DNA from: a virus
Taxonomy: Duplodnaviria; Caudoviricetes
Length of the DNA: 45,390 bases
Direction: 5' to 3' (one strand)
Virus record (IMG/VR): IMGVR_UViG_3300042363_000712
Coordinates: 1-45,390 of that record
Both the position numbers and the translations under genes were made by a program. Below are positions 1 to 7,095 of this stretch, one piece after another. Each line of letters opens with the position of its first letter. The first letter of the stretch is position 1. The notes beneath the pieces were generated by a model. That model was given only the letters and a program-made list of their open reading frames with translations. It made no database searches and was not told where the DNA came from.

Positions 1-27
1 GAGGGACCATCCCTCCACCCGCAGGCA
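1..27. repeat. Terminal direct repeat from circular assembly overlap (copy at 45364-45390)
   Basis: gagggaccatccctccacccgcaggca is identical at both ends, which suggests a complete circular or circularly permuted assembly. Confidence 0.9.
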
Positions 28-42
28 CTAGTCCCATTCTGA

Positions 43-468
43 TTAGAACGGAACATCTTCCCCAACCAAGGAAGAAGACATGGCATCCTGAGCAATCTGT
101 TCGGCAGCAGCCACAACAGAAGACTGCTCCGTATTGAACAACATGTTGTGCCCAATAGCAGACGCCGTCAACTCAGCAGTCGTACCACTACGACCAGACG
201 CATCAGTCCATTGACGGATAATGACACTACCCGCCACAACCACAGGCTGACGCATCTTGACACCTTGCATCACATTCGTAGCCAACTGGCCATACGCAGA
301 CACTGTGTACCAAGACGTATCAAAAGTTTCCCATTCATTAGTTGCGGGATTTTCACGCCGATGATTCACAGCAACACGAAACGATGCAACAGGAATACCA
401 GCTTTAGTTACACCCTCACGTGGGTCTGAACCAACCCAACCTTCTATAGCAATATTTACAGTCATCAT
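43..468 (-). CDS. ssb: Single-stranded DNA-binding protein (actinobacterial type)
   Basis: OB-fold motifs (G..GSDP, VASFRVAVNHRR, TSWYTVSAYGQLA, QPVVVAG, ELTASAIGH), acidic DVPF tail, AGGAG RBS. Confidence 0.9.
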   Translation of the reverse strand: MMTVNIAIEGWVGSDPREGVTKAGIPVASFRVAVNHRRENPATNEWETFDTSWYTVSAYGQLATNVMQGVKMRQPVVVAGSVIIRQWTDASGRSGTTAELTASAIGHNMLFNTEQSSVVAAAEQIAQDAMSSSLVGEDVPF

Positions 469-493
469 ATTCTCCTAACTTATTTAGTGAGAG

Positions 494-530
494 GAAAAAC
501 GCCCCTCGCTTGTCGGGGGGGCGTTTTTTC
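494..530. terminator. Rho-independent terminator-like hairpin, bidirectional
   Basis: gaaaaacgcccctcg...cggggggcgttttttc: GC stem flanked by A and T tracts. Confidence 0.65.
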
Positions 531-537
531 TGAAGTC

Positions 538-984
538 TTACTTATTTAACAATTGTTGAATTCTGTATCTATATTTGTTATGCACACTTTCGTTAACCAG
601 GGTCCGACAATCCCAACAAAACAGCCACGGCAAAAATCCATCAGCGGTACGCACAACAAACATTGCGCGCAAGCCATGCCTGTTTTTACGCACATACTGA
701 TTACATAAAGCACAAACACCTTGTTGTTTATTTTCCATTTCATCAGTCGATGCCATAGATGCTACCTCAGCCTCAACCTGCATATTGAAATCAACAGGTA
801 CACATTCTTTCTTGTACCTTTGTTGATGCGCAACACTACAACGGAAACGTTTTACTGTTTCACCAGTCTTGTTGATTTGCTTATATGTGTACACATCAAC
901 AGTTCGGTCACAGGCTGCACAGTAGCCTTGATACGAATTATTTACGGTTATACATATCGTACTTTTGTCAATTTTGTGTTTCAT
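538..984 (-). CDS. Endonuclease VII-like Zn-finger protein, catalytic motif apparently degenerate
   Basis: QQGVCALC...LFCWDC spacing resembles endonuclease VII; N-terminal CAAC...C..H; GAAAGG RBS. Confidence 0.55.
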   Translation of the reverse strand: MKHKIDKSTICITVNNSYQGYCAACDRTVDVYTYKQINKTGETVKRFRCSVAHQQRYKKECVPVDFNMQVEAEVASMASTDEMENKQQGVCALCNQYVRKNRHGLRAMFVVRTADGFLPWLFCWDCRTLVNESVHNKYRYRIQQLLNK

Positions 985-1012
985 AATACCCTTTCATTTT
1001 ATCCTAATAAAC

Positions 1013-1217
1013 CTATACTATTATACTAGTTATGAGCTTACATCCCTGCAACCACCAGAATAGTATAATAGTATATAAGTATAAGTATAAAATGGACACT
1101 TTTTACAGTCCATCATAATTCTGTAAATAGGTTATACAAACGACTATATTTGTAATATAAAACGACCTAAAAAACAGCACCCAATTATCCTTATACATCT
1201 ATACTAATTATACTAGT
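1013..1217. promoter_or_regulatory. AT-rich intergenic region with three TAGTATAAT(T)AGTATA motifs (promoter, operator or unwinding element)
   Basis: Perfect 15-bp inverted pair at 1014-1028 and 1061-1075, near-copy at 1199-1217, each containing TATAAT; TATAAG tandem at ~1075-1090. Confidence 0.55.
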
Positions 1218-1311
1218 CACAAAAACCCACCAAGATAGCTCCACCCAGCCCCCACGTAAGGCGCCAAAAAAAGTGGGGGCAGAGCCGAAAACGACCCCAC
1301 CCCCACACGTC

Positions 1312-1866
1312 CTAAAACAGGACAGGAGCAGTACGAGGAATAAACCTACGTACCAAACGACGAGACTCAGAAACGCCAAACTTCTCAGCCTGCGCAACAA
1401 CATAACGAACCCAACGGTCCAAACCAGACTCAACAGCAATCACAGCAGACGGAACCGTAGAATCCATACCCCAATGCTCAGACTCAGCATCAAAGATACT
1501 CTGCGCCCACCGAAAATTAGCAGCAACAACCCGCTTCTCATCAGTAAACACGTTATCCTCCCACCCAATCTCGACATGCAATGGCATCATCAGTGCCTTA
1601 GCGTAAACAGAGTTACTTTTCTGCTCACGCGCAACACGCAACATGTGACCTGCCATGCGAGACACGCCACGCACCGTACGGCCAACACCATCACGACCTT
1701 TCTCAGAAGGAAGAACAAACTGCACACGAACATTCTCAGGACCGCCATGCGCAGCAACAGTTTCCGCGAAAAAACCCAACATGGTTTTCCGCACAAACTC
1801 ATAAGCCTCATCATCAATAACACGAGACCCAACAACAACACAACGAACAATAGGAACACTAGACAT
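1312..1866 (-). CDS. Hypothetical protein
   Basis: ATG at 1866 overlaps the end of the upstream gene; codon bias matches neighbours; the ORF-track start at 1986 is probably too long. Confidence 0.6.
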   Translation of the reverse strand: MSSVPIVRCVVVGSRVIDDEAYEFVRKTMLGFFAETVAAHGGPENVRVQFVLPSEKGRDGVGRTVRGVSRMAGHMLRVAREQKSNSVYAKALMMPLHVEIGWEDNVFTDEKRVVAANFRWAQSIFDAESEHWGMDSTVPSAVIAVESGLDRWVRYVVAQAEKFGVSESRRLVRRFIPRTAPVLF

Positions 1867-2326
1867 CAGAATCACTCCAATCAACAACCTCAACAGTCTT
1901 TTCATAAACCTTCTGGAGTTCCGCATAGTTATCTTCAACGAAATCACTACCCGAAACTTGAGTAGAAGCAAACAACTCCCACCCACGACGAGTCACGCGC
2001 TCTTCAGCAGACTCGCTAGCACCCGCCATGTCTTCCAACGACAGGACAAAATCTTCATCATTGAGCTTCTGCAAACGCGACATAACATCATCACGCGTAC
2101 ACTCAAAACAGACAACCTCATCAAACTTAAAACATGCAGAAGCAGTCTTGAAATGAAGAATGAAATCAGTAATCAAATTAGGTGTAACAGAGGTCGCATA
2201 AAAAGGCCTCTGATACGCCGGAACAAACTGACTCAACACAACTTCCTCTTGAGTCGCAATAGCCTGAGACACCACAAACCGAAGATGCTCACAATGCATA
2301 CACACATTATTAATAAAGCGGGACAT
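1859..2326 (-). CDS. Hypothetical protein with two CxxC motifs
   Basis: AGGAG RBS; CMHC and CFEC motifs. Confidence 0.7.
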   Translation of the reverse strand: MSRFINNVCMHCEHLRFVVSQAIATQEEVVLSQFVPAYQRPFYATSVTPNLITDFILHFKTASACFKFDEVVCFECTRDDVMSRLQKLNDEDFVLSLEDMAGASESAEERVTRRGWELFASTQVSGSDFVEDNYAELQKVYEKTVEVVDWSDSDV

Positions 2327-2360
2327 AACAACTCCTAACTAAATTATTAAATGCGACGAC

Positions 2361-2390
2361 GGATTGCCGACACACCTGTTCGGGCAATCC
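2361..2390. other. Hairpin ggattgccga...tcgggcaatcc
   Basis: Imperfect inverted repeat upstream of the 2326 gene. Confidence 0.5.
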
Positions 2391-2449
2391 GGCGTGCACC
2401 TGAGCAAAACACCTAACCCGACCATATATATACAGTTTTTAAAAAGTCA

Positions 2450-2634
2450 TCACAAAAAAAGACAAAATGAGAAAAAAAGTACCATAAGAGCGAAGACACG
2501 ACCCGCCAAGGGCGGTCGTCGGTGGTGGTGGCGACGCGGTTTGGTGGCCGTGCTGGCTTTCCTGCTGCGGGAGGGAAGCGGGTGAACGGGGCGCAGCCCT
2601 GTTTTTACGGTGTTTGTTTTTTATGTTTTTGTGA
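2450..2634. other. Candidate replication origin at the strand-skew switch point
   Basis: Hairpin acgacccgcc-aag-ggcggtcgt (2498-2519) with A-tracts on the left and T-tracts on the right; C+A to G+T skew flips here. Confidence 0.5.
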
Positions 2635-2642
2635 GGCACCAT

Positions 2643-2677
2643 AAAAATAGGGGGGCAGCCGAGGCCACCCCCCTATT
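2643..2677 (-). terminator. Rho-independent terminator ending the small-gene array
   Basis: Minus strand GGGGGGTGGC-CTCG-GCTGCCCCCC followed by TATTTTT, just after the stop at 2693. Confidence 0.75.
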
Positions 2678-2692
2678 CGGGTTTGTGTTAAG

Positions 2693-2911
2693 TTATGCGT
2701 TTTCGTATCGTCGGTCTTTGACGATGTGGAAGGTTTCGTTGTTGTCCCAGTAGCCGGTGAATTGTCCGGGTTCTGGGGTGAGGAACTCTGCATGTTTTTG
2801 TGCGAAGAGTTCTGTGGGCCATTCGTATGTTTGGATGGGCCCTGCGGAGTAGTTGAAGATTCCGCTTCGGTTTTGGACTGGCGATTCGTTGTATGGCCAG
2901 TTGTTGTTCAT
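2693..2911 (-). CDS. Small hypothetical protein (72 aa)
   Basis: AAGAAAGG RBS, preceded by a conserved hairpin and followed by a terminator. Confidence 0.75.
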   Translation of the reverse strand: MNNNWPYNESPVQNRSGIFNYSAGPIQTYEWPTELFAQKHAEFLTPEPGQFTGYWDNNETFHIVKDRRYENA

Positions 2912-2934
2912 GATGGTACCTTTCTTGTTAGTTG

Positions 2935-2976
2935 GGGGTGTGTTCCCCGCTTCGTAGAACGGGGGAACACACCTCC
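2935..2976. repeat. Hairpin repeat unit 1 (21-nt identity with 3361-3381)
   Basis: ggggtgtgttccccgcttcgt...ggggaacacac. Confidence 0.85.
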
Positions 2977-2982
2977 TGGTGA

Positions 2983-3339
2983 TTAGTGTGTGATACGTAT
3001 CACACGGTTGGGGATGTTAAGTTTTTTGCAAATGTCTATCATGTGTTTGCTACCCGGGGATTCGCCGTCCCAGAAGATGATGGCGTGGGTGCATTCTTTA
3101 GCCATTTCGGTGTTGCGCAGGTACCCCGCTTTTTTGCCGTGGGTTGCCCAGTCGGCAGGCATTTTGATAACGTTGTATCCGCGTGTTTCGGCGTAGCGTT
3201 CACCGAGTTGGTCTGCGCCTTTAGCTCCGCCTGAGATGATTGTGACGTCTTCTGTGGTGTTAGCTAGGACGTTGTTGAGTTTGGTTTCCATCCAACTGTA
3301 GTCGGTGAGTGTGCGACTTCCAGCAATGATGAGTTTCAT
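2983..3339 (-). CDS. SLOG-superfamily protein (DUF2493 / YspA-related)
   Basis: KLIIAGSR, IISGGAKGADQLGERYA, ADW..HGKKAGYLRN.EMA, FWDGESPGSKHMI; start corrected to the ATG after the AAGAAAGG RBS. Confidence 0.9.
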   Translation of the reverse strand: MKLIIAGSRTLTDYSWMETKLNNVLANTTEDVTIISGGAKGADQLGERYAETRGYNVIKMPADWATHGKKAGYLRNTEMAKECTHAIIFWDGESPGSKHMIDICKKLNIPNRVIRITH

Positions 3340-3360
3340 AACGTTTCCTTTCTTTAGGTT

Positions 3361-3402
3361 GGGGTGTGTTCCCCGCTTCGTTTTAAGGGGGAACACACAC
3401 CC
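3361..3402. repeat. Hairpin repeat unit 2
   Basis: ggggtgtgttccccgcttcgt...ggggaacacac, directly upstream of the SLOG RBS on the minus strand. Confidence 0.85.
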
Positions 3403-3406
3403 ACAG

Positions 3407-3628
3407 TTACTTGTTGTTGGGTACTACGCATCCTGGGTCGTTGGGGTTCATATCTAGGCAGGGATACCCGCCGAAGATACATGGCATACACCTGTTGCCC
3501 GGGTCGCCGTCGCATTCGCAAGGCACTTGGAAGCTAGCGTCACCTGCACAGATGACGCAGTCAGCCCAGGGTCCGAACGGTTCGTGTTCGGCCCATGGTG
3601 CATAAACAGTGTTCTCGAATCTGGACAT
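3407..3628 (-). CDS. Small Cys-rich protein (73 aa)
   Basis: GAGAGGAAAG RBS; CVIC, CEC and CMPC motifs. Confidence 0.7.
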   Translation of the reverse strand: MSRFENTVYAPWAEHEPFGPWADCVICAGDASFQVPCECDGDPGNRCMPCIFGGYPCLDMNPNDPGCVVPNNK

Positions 3629-3648
3629 TACTTTCCTCTCTAGTTGGG

Positions 3649-3674
3649 GTGGGGGTAGCTTTCGCCACCCCCAC
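3649..3674 (-). other. GAAA-tetraloop hairpin upstream of an RBS
   Basis: Minus strand GTGGGGGTGGC-GAAA-GCTACCCCCAC followed by CCCAACTAGAGAGGAAAG. Confidence 0.65.
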
Positions 3675-3682
3675 GTAAACGC

Positions 3683-3835
3683 TTACGGTGCGTCAACCCA
3701 GGTTGGGTAGGGCTCAATAGAGTCCATGAAGTCGCCACTGCATCCATAGCAGTCGCATCCCGCATAGGCCAGTCCCTCCGTCACAGCGAAGTCCTCCTCC
3801 GCTGGGTTGTAGGTACATGTGGTGTTAGCGCTCAT
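3683..3835 (-). CDS. Acidic Cys-containing microprotein (50 aa), absent from the ORF track
   Basis: AAGGAGGTGA RBS then ATG; MSANTTCTYNPAEEDFAVTEGLAYAGCDCYGCSGDFMDSIEPYPTWVDAP*. Confidence 0.75.
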   Translation of the reverse strand: MSANTTCTYNPAEEDFAVTEGLAYAGCDCYGCSGDFMDSIEPYPTWVDAP

Positions 3836-3864
3836 CAGTCACCTCCTTACTACGTCAATCAACG

Positions 3865-3906
3865 AGGGGCAAGCCGCCGCCTCGCGGCAGCGGGCGGCTT
3901 GCCCTT
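3865..3906. other. Strong GC hairpin at the head of the small-gene array
   Basis: aggggcaagccgcc...ggcggcttgccctt. Confidence 0.6.
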
Positions 3907-4058
3907 GAAGCCCGTAACCATGTCGTGTCAGTACGCAACCGAGTCCACCCAAGGGGGTCAACCTCCTTGAAAATTTGGCATCTCAATTTCTGTGTATAAC
4001 CGTTTTTTGTGGTATCTTTAGTCTCATATTGTTTCGCTTATGTGTGGAAGGTGTTTCT

Positions 4059-4256
4059 GTGAGGGCTTTTTGTAAGCAGGATGAGGCGTTGTTGTTGGAG
4101 TTGCAGCATTATGTGACGTTGATGCGGTTGCGGGATTCGGGGCCGCGTTGGGATGTGTCTGCTGGTTTTCCGCGGTGGAGGTTGTTTCATTCTGGCGCTG
4201 GTGTTGTGTTGCGTCGTTTGCGTAAACGGTTTCGGGTGAAAGTTAATTCTGGTTAA
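4059..4256 (+). CDS. Small hypothetical protein
   Basis: GGAAGG RBS before GTG at 4059; stop overlaps the next ATG (TAATG). Confidence 0.5.
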   Translation: MRAFCKQDEALLLELQHYVTLMRLRDSGPRWDVSAGFPRWRLFHSGAGVVLRRLRKRFRVKVNSG

Positions 4257-4924
4257 TGCCTACTATTGAGTCGCATCCTTTGCGGATTGCGCGTATTCGT
4301 GCGGGTTTGTCTGCTGAACGGTTGGGTGGTTTGGCGGGTGTTTCGCGTGGTGCGGTGAATGCTTTGGAGCAGGGGCGTATTAAGCGTCCTCGTGAGGAGT
4401 TGGTTGTGGCGTTGGCTCGAGCTAATGGTGTTGCTCCTGAGTTGTTGTGGGGTTTGTATAATCGTTGGTTGGAGGGCTTTGAGTCGTCGTCTGTTGATGC
4501 GTGGCGTGAGGTGGGGGCGGTGTTGTCCGCTCGGGCTCGGGCGGTGTTGTCGTTGTCTCCTGATGTGGTGTTGCGGTATGGGTCGTTTTCGGCGTGGAGG
4601 CGTGAGATTCATCCGAGTGTGGCGGGTTTTGCGTCGTTGTTGCGTGTTTCGGCTACGTCGTTGCGGAGGTTTGAGCGTGGGGATGTGGGTATGCCGAAGC
4701 CGTTGGTGCGTGCTTTGTTGAATGTGTTGCGGTTGTCTGAGGATTATGTGGGGGCGTTGTTGTCGTTGGAGGGGGCGGACCCTGGTGATGTGGTGCGGGA
4801 GTTTTGGCGTGACCGTAAGCGGGTGCAGCGTCAGCGTGAGCGGTGGCGTGAGTCGGGGGATGTTCGTGGGTTTAGGTCGTTGAAGGACCCTGTGTCGATG
4901 ATTGGTGATGTTGATGTCGTCTGA
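4256..4924 (+). CDS. Transcriptional regulator with two XRE-type HTH domains
   Basis: LRIARIRAGLSAERLGGLAGVSRGAVNALEQG and SVAGFASLLRVSATSLRRFERG. Confidence 0.8.
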   Translation: MPTIESHPLRIARIRAGLSAERLGGLAGVSRGAVNALEQGRIKRPREELVVALARANGVAPELLWGLYNRWLEGFESSSVDAWREVGAVLSARARAVLSLSPDVVLRYGSFSAWRREIHPSVAGFASLLRVSATSLRRFERGDVGMPKPLVRALLNVLRLSEDYVGALLSLEGADPGDVVREFWRDRKRVQRQRERWRESGDVRGFRSLKDPVSMIGDVDVV

Positions 4925-5726
4925 TGTTGCTGATTTGCCTCCGTTTTCGGCGGGCATGTTGGATGTGGTGTTGCCGGGGTCTTCTCCTGTGGGTGTGGGG
5001 GTTGCGGGGGATGTGTTTGTTGCTGCGGTGAATGCTGCGTGGGTGTTGTGGTTGCGGGGTGAGCCTGTGACGGTGGGTGATATTGAGCGTGTTGCTGGTG
5101 CCGCTTTTGTGGGTGTTGATTTGGATTTGTTGCGGGGTGTGGTGGAGTCGGAGAAGTTTCGTGTGGCTTTGGAGTCTCGTGGTGTGGTGTTGGGGCGTGT
5201 TGATTCGGAGGGTTTGTCGGCGGAGATGGTGGCGTGTGTTCGCGCGTTGTCGGACCCTCAACCTGGGTTGACGGTTCGTGAACGTTTGAGGGGGGTTGGT
5301 GTTTCGTGGGAGCAGTATCAGGGTTGGTTGGGGTTTGGTCCGTTTCGTGAGGCTTTGACGAGGGCGTCTGAGCGGGGTTTGCGTGGTGCGGTGGCGTTGG
5401 CTAATTCGCGGTTGTTGGAGGGTGTGGATTCTGGGGATTTGCGTTCGGTGAAGTATTTGCATGAGTTGACGGGGTATTTTACGCCTGGGCGTCAGCAGGT
5501 GTTGGATGTGCAGCAGTTGGTGCGTGATGTGATGACGGTGGTGTTGCGTCGTGTTACTGACCCGGAGTTGTTGTTGGCGTTGGCTGGTGATTTTAGGGTT
5601 TTGCAGGAGCGTATGTTGGTGGGTGGTGATGGTGCTGGTTCGGGTGAGCGGGGCGCTGTTGTTGCTGGGTTTGGGGAGGTTCCTGGTATGATGGATTTGC
5701 CTGTGATTGAAAGTGATGGTGACTGA
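4914..5726 (+). CDS. HTH protein, possible terminase small subunit
   Basis: GVSWEQYQGWL..GPFREAL...GDLRSVKYLHELTG resembles phBC6A51-type HTH/TerS proteins. Confidence 0.45.
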   Translation: MSSDVADLPPFSAGMLDVVLPGSSPVGVGVAGDVFVAAVNAAWVLWLRGEPVTVGDIERVAGAAFVGVDLDLLRGVVESEKFRVALESRGVVLGRVDSEGLSAEMVACVRALSDPQPGLTVRERLRGVGVSWEQYQGWLGFGPFREALTRASERGLRGAVALANSRLLEGVDSGDLRSVKYLHELTGYFTPGRQQVLDVQQLVRDVMTVVLRRVTDPELLLALAGDFRVLQERMLVGGDGAGSGERGAVVAGFGEVPGMMDLPVIESDGD

Positions 5727-6715
5727 TGGCGACTACGCCTACAACTAAGTTGGGTATTCCGTTGCCTGTTGCGGGTTCGGGTGAACCGTTTACGGTTGCT
5801 GCTTACAATTTTGGTATTAATACTTTGGATGGTGCGGCTGGGTTTACTGTTTGCACTTCAGCGACTAGGCCGGGGTCGCCTTGGTTGGGTCAAGCAATTT
5901 TTGAGACGGATACGGAGCTTAGTTTTATTTGGAAGGGTTCTGCGTGGATGCCTGGTGGTGGTGGTGGGAGTATTGAGATTTCTGCTACGGCTCCGGCTGG
6001 TCCTGGTGAGGGTGATTTGTGGTGGGATTCTGATAACGGCAAGCTTTACATTTATTACAACGATGGGACGTCTTCGCAGTGGGTTGATGCTGCGGGTCCT
6101 TCGGTGGCGGTTCAGTCGACAGCGCCCACAGGGTATGAGGGCCAGTTGTGGTTGGATGACACTGACGGGTCTATGTACGTGTATTACACTGACCCTGGTG
6201 GGGGGTCTTCGTCTTGGATTGGCGCGGTGTCGCGGTCTGGTGGGATTCTTCAGGTTGTTCAAGCCGTCAAGACGGACACTTTTAGCACTACTTCTACATC
6301 TTTTACGGCGGTAACTGGCGCTTCAGTATCAATTACGCCAAGGTCTACAAGCAGCAAAATTCTTATTTTAGGAACTACATTTATTGGTTTTTCAGGCTCC
6401 ACTAACTCTCGTAGCGCTTTTGTCAGAGTTACTGGTGGTAACTCGGTCAGCTATGTTGGTGACGCGGCGGGTAGCCGTATTAGGGCTTTTGGTACTACGG
6501 GTGCCAGAGCCACTGATTACGGTATAAACACTGTCAATGGTTTTGCGTCTCTTTCTTACGTTGACTCACCTTCAACAACTAGCACGGTAACTTATCAGCT
6601 AGAGATGATGGTTACGGGTGACACTGGATATATTGGCAGGACAGGAACCGACACCGACGCAACTGGCTTTGGCCGTTTTCCAACTACTTTAATTGTTATG
6701 GAGGTGGCAGGCTAA
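5726..6715 (+). CDS. Tail fibre / receptor-binding protein
   Basis: N-terminal TTKLGIPLP anchor, two G(D/Q)LW.D...G..Y.YY.D repeats, GGILQVVQ...STTST...PRSTSSKIL C-terminal domain. Confidence 0.75.
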   Translation: MATTPTTKLGIPLPVAGSGEPFTVAAYNFGINTLDGAAGFTVCTSATRPGSPWLGQAIFETDTELSFIWKGSAWMPGGGGGSIEISATAPAGPGEGDLWWDSDNGKLYIYYNDGTSSQWVDAAGPSVAVQSTAPTGYEGQLWLDDTDGSMYVYYTDPGGGSSSWIGAVSRSGGILQVVQAVKTDTFSTTSTSFTAVTGASVSITPRSTSSKILILGTTFIGFSGSTNSRSAFVRVTGGNSVSYVGDAAGSRIRAFGTTGARATDYGINTVNGFASLSYVDSPSTTSTVTYQLEMMVTGDTGYIGRTGTDTDATGFGRFPTTLIVMEVAG

Positions 6716-7095
6716 TGGATATTTCTTTGATTCTTTCCCGTAAATACCCCGGTACTCAGTGGACTCTAAACGGCGACTCTTACGCCGGTCTAACTTGGTT
6801 GTCTGAGGGTGACGCACCTTCTGAGGCTGAACTACAGGCTGAGTGGGCTCAGGTTGAATACGAGGTTGCGTTTGAGGCTGTTCAGAAGCAACGGCAGGCC
6901 GCATACCAGGCCGAGTCTGACCCTGTGTTTTTTGATTACCAGCGTGGTGAGGCTTCTGAGGCTGAGTGGTTGGCGGCTGTTGAGGCTGTGAAGGTTTCTA
7001 ACCCTTACCCTGTTGTGGTTGTCGAACCTGATTTGTCTTTACGGCCAGCCGACCCTGTTGCAAACCCGTTACCTGAAGAGAAGGCGGCTAAATAA
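6715..7095 (+). CDS. Tail-fibre-associated (assembly chaperone-like) protein
   Basis: YPGTQWTLNGDSY.GLTW and RQAAYQAESDPVFF..QRGE motifs; translationally coupled to the fibre gene. Confidence 0.65.
   Translation: MDISLILSRKYPGTQWTLNGDSYAGLTWLSEGDAPSEAELQAEWAQVEYEVAFEAVQKQRQAAYQAESDPVFFDYQRGEASEAEWLAAVEAVKVSNPYPVVVVEPDLSLRPADPVANPLPEEKAAK

Noticed and set aside
1-27. Biological direct terminal repeat or att site
   Set aside because: An exact 27-nt overlap cutting through a terminator hairpin is better explained as an assembler k-mer overlap, and no integrase is present
2935-3402. CRISPR array
   Set aside because: Only two units, 426 nt apart with a gene between them; there is no repeat-spacer periodicity and no cas operon
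3826-3845. Hammerhead ribozyme core CUGAUGAG on the minus strand
   Set aside because: No stem II followed by GAAA is visible; the sequence is simply the RBS spacer and ATG of the 50-aa ORF
1273-5462. Long antisense ORFs (1273-1965+, 1958-2338+, 4253-4957-, 4872-5462-)
   Set aside because: They are shadow frames caused by T-depletion on the C+A-rich strand, with His/Thr/Gln/Pro-biased composition and no motifs
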